A stretch of 63,975 nucleotides of DNA, counting the filler, from Lama guanicoe (lineage: Eukaryota), in the NCBI GenBank assembly GCA_013239625.1. It is 193 parts of 193 records of this genome, joined end to end, with 100 filler letters (N's around TTAATTAATTAA, not from the genome) between each part and the next. Parts side by side here need not be neighbours in the genome. Positions count along the whole stretch, not along the records: positions 62,416 to 62,647 come from PNXV01044405.1; positions 62,748 to 62,979 come from PNXV01044406.1; positions 63,080 to 63,311 come from PNXV01044407.1; positions 63,412 to 63,643 come from PNXV01044408.1; positions 63,744 to 63,975 come from PNXV01044409.1; 188 more parts are not named here. The stretch is one strand, 5' to 3'. Shown piece after piece: positions 62,316 through 63,975 of this stretch. The notes beneath the pieces are model-generated. The model ran no database searches. It worked only from the letters and a program-made list of their open reading frames with translations, and was not told where the DNA came from. Both the position numbers and the translations under genes were made by a program. Within the stretch, counting starts at the first letter, position 1. The number at the start of each line of letters is the position of its first letter.

Positions 62316-63975
62316 NNNNNNNNNNNNNNNNNNNNNNNNNNNNNNNNNNNNNNNNNNNNTTAATTAATTAANNNNNNNNNNNNNNNNNNNNNNNNNNNNN
62401 NNNNNNNNNNNNNNNGGATGAGGGAGAGTTTCTTAACCTTTTCTTTACCTTCCAGGTAGTTTGTCTTTAGAGTCACTACTTTCCTGTTCATAAGACACAC
62501 ACACACGGACCCACATGCACACACAAACATACACACAACTTAATTGACCAGTTTATCTGACGCCTTTAAATCTTGAGTATTATTTTTTGTTGGCCACTCC
62601 AAAAGTGGAAAGCTATTAAAGGAAGAGAAACGAAGCATCTGAGTATTNNNNNNNNNNNNNNNNNNNNNNNNNNNNNNNNNNNNNNNNNNNNTTAATTAAT
62701 TAANNNNNNNNNNNNNNNNNNNNNNNNNNNNNNNNNNNNNNNNNNNNCCACCTGTCTCTGTGTCTTTGTCCAAGTGTCACAGCACCTGTGGGCCCCAGTC
62801 ACACTGGCTGTCTCCGTCTAGGCCAGATCCCAGGACACCCTCCGCCCTCATGGCCTCCGGACACAGGATCCGGCCCCACAGCCCGCTCCCACGATCCCCG
62901 ACGCCGAGCTGTGCCGTGCCGCTGCCGCTAGGAGCCTGTGGGCGGCGCTGGGAAGCGCCCTCAGGAGGTGTTTGCAACANNNNNNNNNNNNNNNNNNNNN
63001 NNNNNNNNNNNNNNNNNNNNNNNTTAATTAATTAANNNNNNNNNNNNNNNNNNNNNNNNNNNNNNNNNNNNNNNNNNNNGAGTGAGATAATTGATTTCTA
63101 ATATTTATTTAAAACATCTGTCATTTTGTCATGTTAGTTACATTGTATCTCCTTAACCTCCAAAGTATTTAAGAAGAGTTGTGAATGGTACATGATGCTA
63201 CATGTTTTGAAAGCTGTGATGCTCAGTAATACTTAAACTTTTATGTTCATGATACTCCACACACAAGTTGTTAAAATCTTGTGAATCGAGATTCACCCAA
63301 GGAGACTTTTTNNNNNNNNNNNNNNNNNNNNNNNNNNNNNNNNNNNNNNNNNNNNTTAATTAATTAANNNNNNNNNNNNNNNNNNNNNNNNNNNNNNNNN
63401 NNNNNNNNNNNGAAACCAAAACCAGAGCGGGTTTTTGTGTGTTTAACGAAATAGAAGTGTATTTTCCTCCAAGGCCAGGTCTGAGACTTAGAAACAGGCT
63501 CGCTTGAGAGGCCACCGGGGTGCTGGGGACGCAGCTGGATCCGGAGGGCGTTCCACTCAGTGAAACAAGCCAGATGCAGAAGACCCGGATCGCGGGAGCT
63601 CACTTACATGTGAAATCTAGAAAGAATGCTGAACTCCTAGCGGNNNNNNNNNNNNNNNNNNNNNNNNNNNNNNNNNNNNNNNNNNNNTTAATTAATTAAN
63701 NNNNNNNNNNNNNNNNNNNNNNNNNNNNNNNNNNNNNNNNNNNGGCCAGAAATGTCCAAGTGTACAATCCACCGAACAGCGGGGACGTTGGCCGTACCCT
63801 GCCCCTGGCCGGTGCAGCAGCGCCGCGTGTGTGCGCTCCCCTGGCTGTCATGAGGCCCGTGGAACCTGTAAGTACTGTTGTCAGCTCAGAGCTGGCAGAA
63901 GAATTTCGTAGATTTTATGGCACCTCCTGCTGTGGTTGCTGGCGCAGGGCAGTAGATGAGTTGGTGTGGCCCTGG

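Larger units (their letters stand above)
1..63975. other. Artificial concatenation of 193 short contigs separated by 192 identical 100-bp spacers (N44-TTAATTAATTAA-N44)
   Basis: Period is 332 bp: first fragment 1-232, spacer 233-332 with the linker at 277-288. The arithmetic closes exactly: 193x232-1+192x100=63975. The linker is palindromic with TAA in all three frames on each strand. Confidence 0.99.

Noticed and set aside
1605..63603. Family of small ORFs ending in X...LIN or X...N
   Set aside because: The shared C-termini are translations of the N run and linker. Most ORFs reach the length cutoff only by reading into the spacer.
233..63743. CRISPR-like array or tandem repeat of TTAATTAATTAA with unique spacers
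   Set aside because: The repeat is a synthetic palindromic all-frame-stop linker embedded in N runs. The spacers are 232-bp mammalian contigs and there are no cas genes.

Overview
This window is not contiguous DNA. It is 193 unrelated short assembly fragments (192 of 232 bp and one of 231 bp) joined by an identical artificial 100-bp spacer (N44-TTAATTAATTAA-N44, with stop codons in all six frames), which points to a size-sorted 'unplaced contigs' pseudo-scaffold. The content is mammalian, and two tRNA-Ala-derived SINEs of the vic-1 type suggest a camelid. Most fragments are intronic or intergenic DNA and decayed repeats (L1, L2, MIR, MaLR/ERV LTRs). Recognisable gene pieces are DNAAF5, ACVR1B and CPEB2 first-exon sequence, an AKR1C exon, an OR4D-family olfactory receptor, a LILR Ig-exon end, a TRBJ1-2-like J segment, two MHC class I promoter copies, an EIF1 processed pseudogene, a UNC5D exon-2 copy, an uninterrupted betaretroviral reverse transcriptase fragment and a retroposed 5' half of tRNA-Arg(TCT). 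No multi-gene system can be inferred, because adjacency between fragments is artificial and most ORFs in the supplied track are artefacts running into the spacer. The best leads are single fragments: the intact-looking JSRV-like RT, the UNC5D copy fused to a foreign 5' sequence, the ISRE-less MHC class I promoters and the half-tRNA insertion. All identifications come from recalled sequence similarity; no searches were run.
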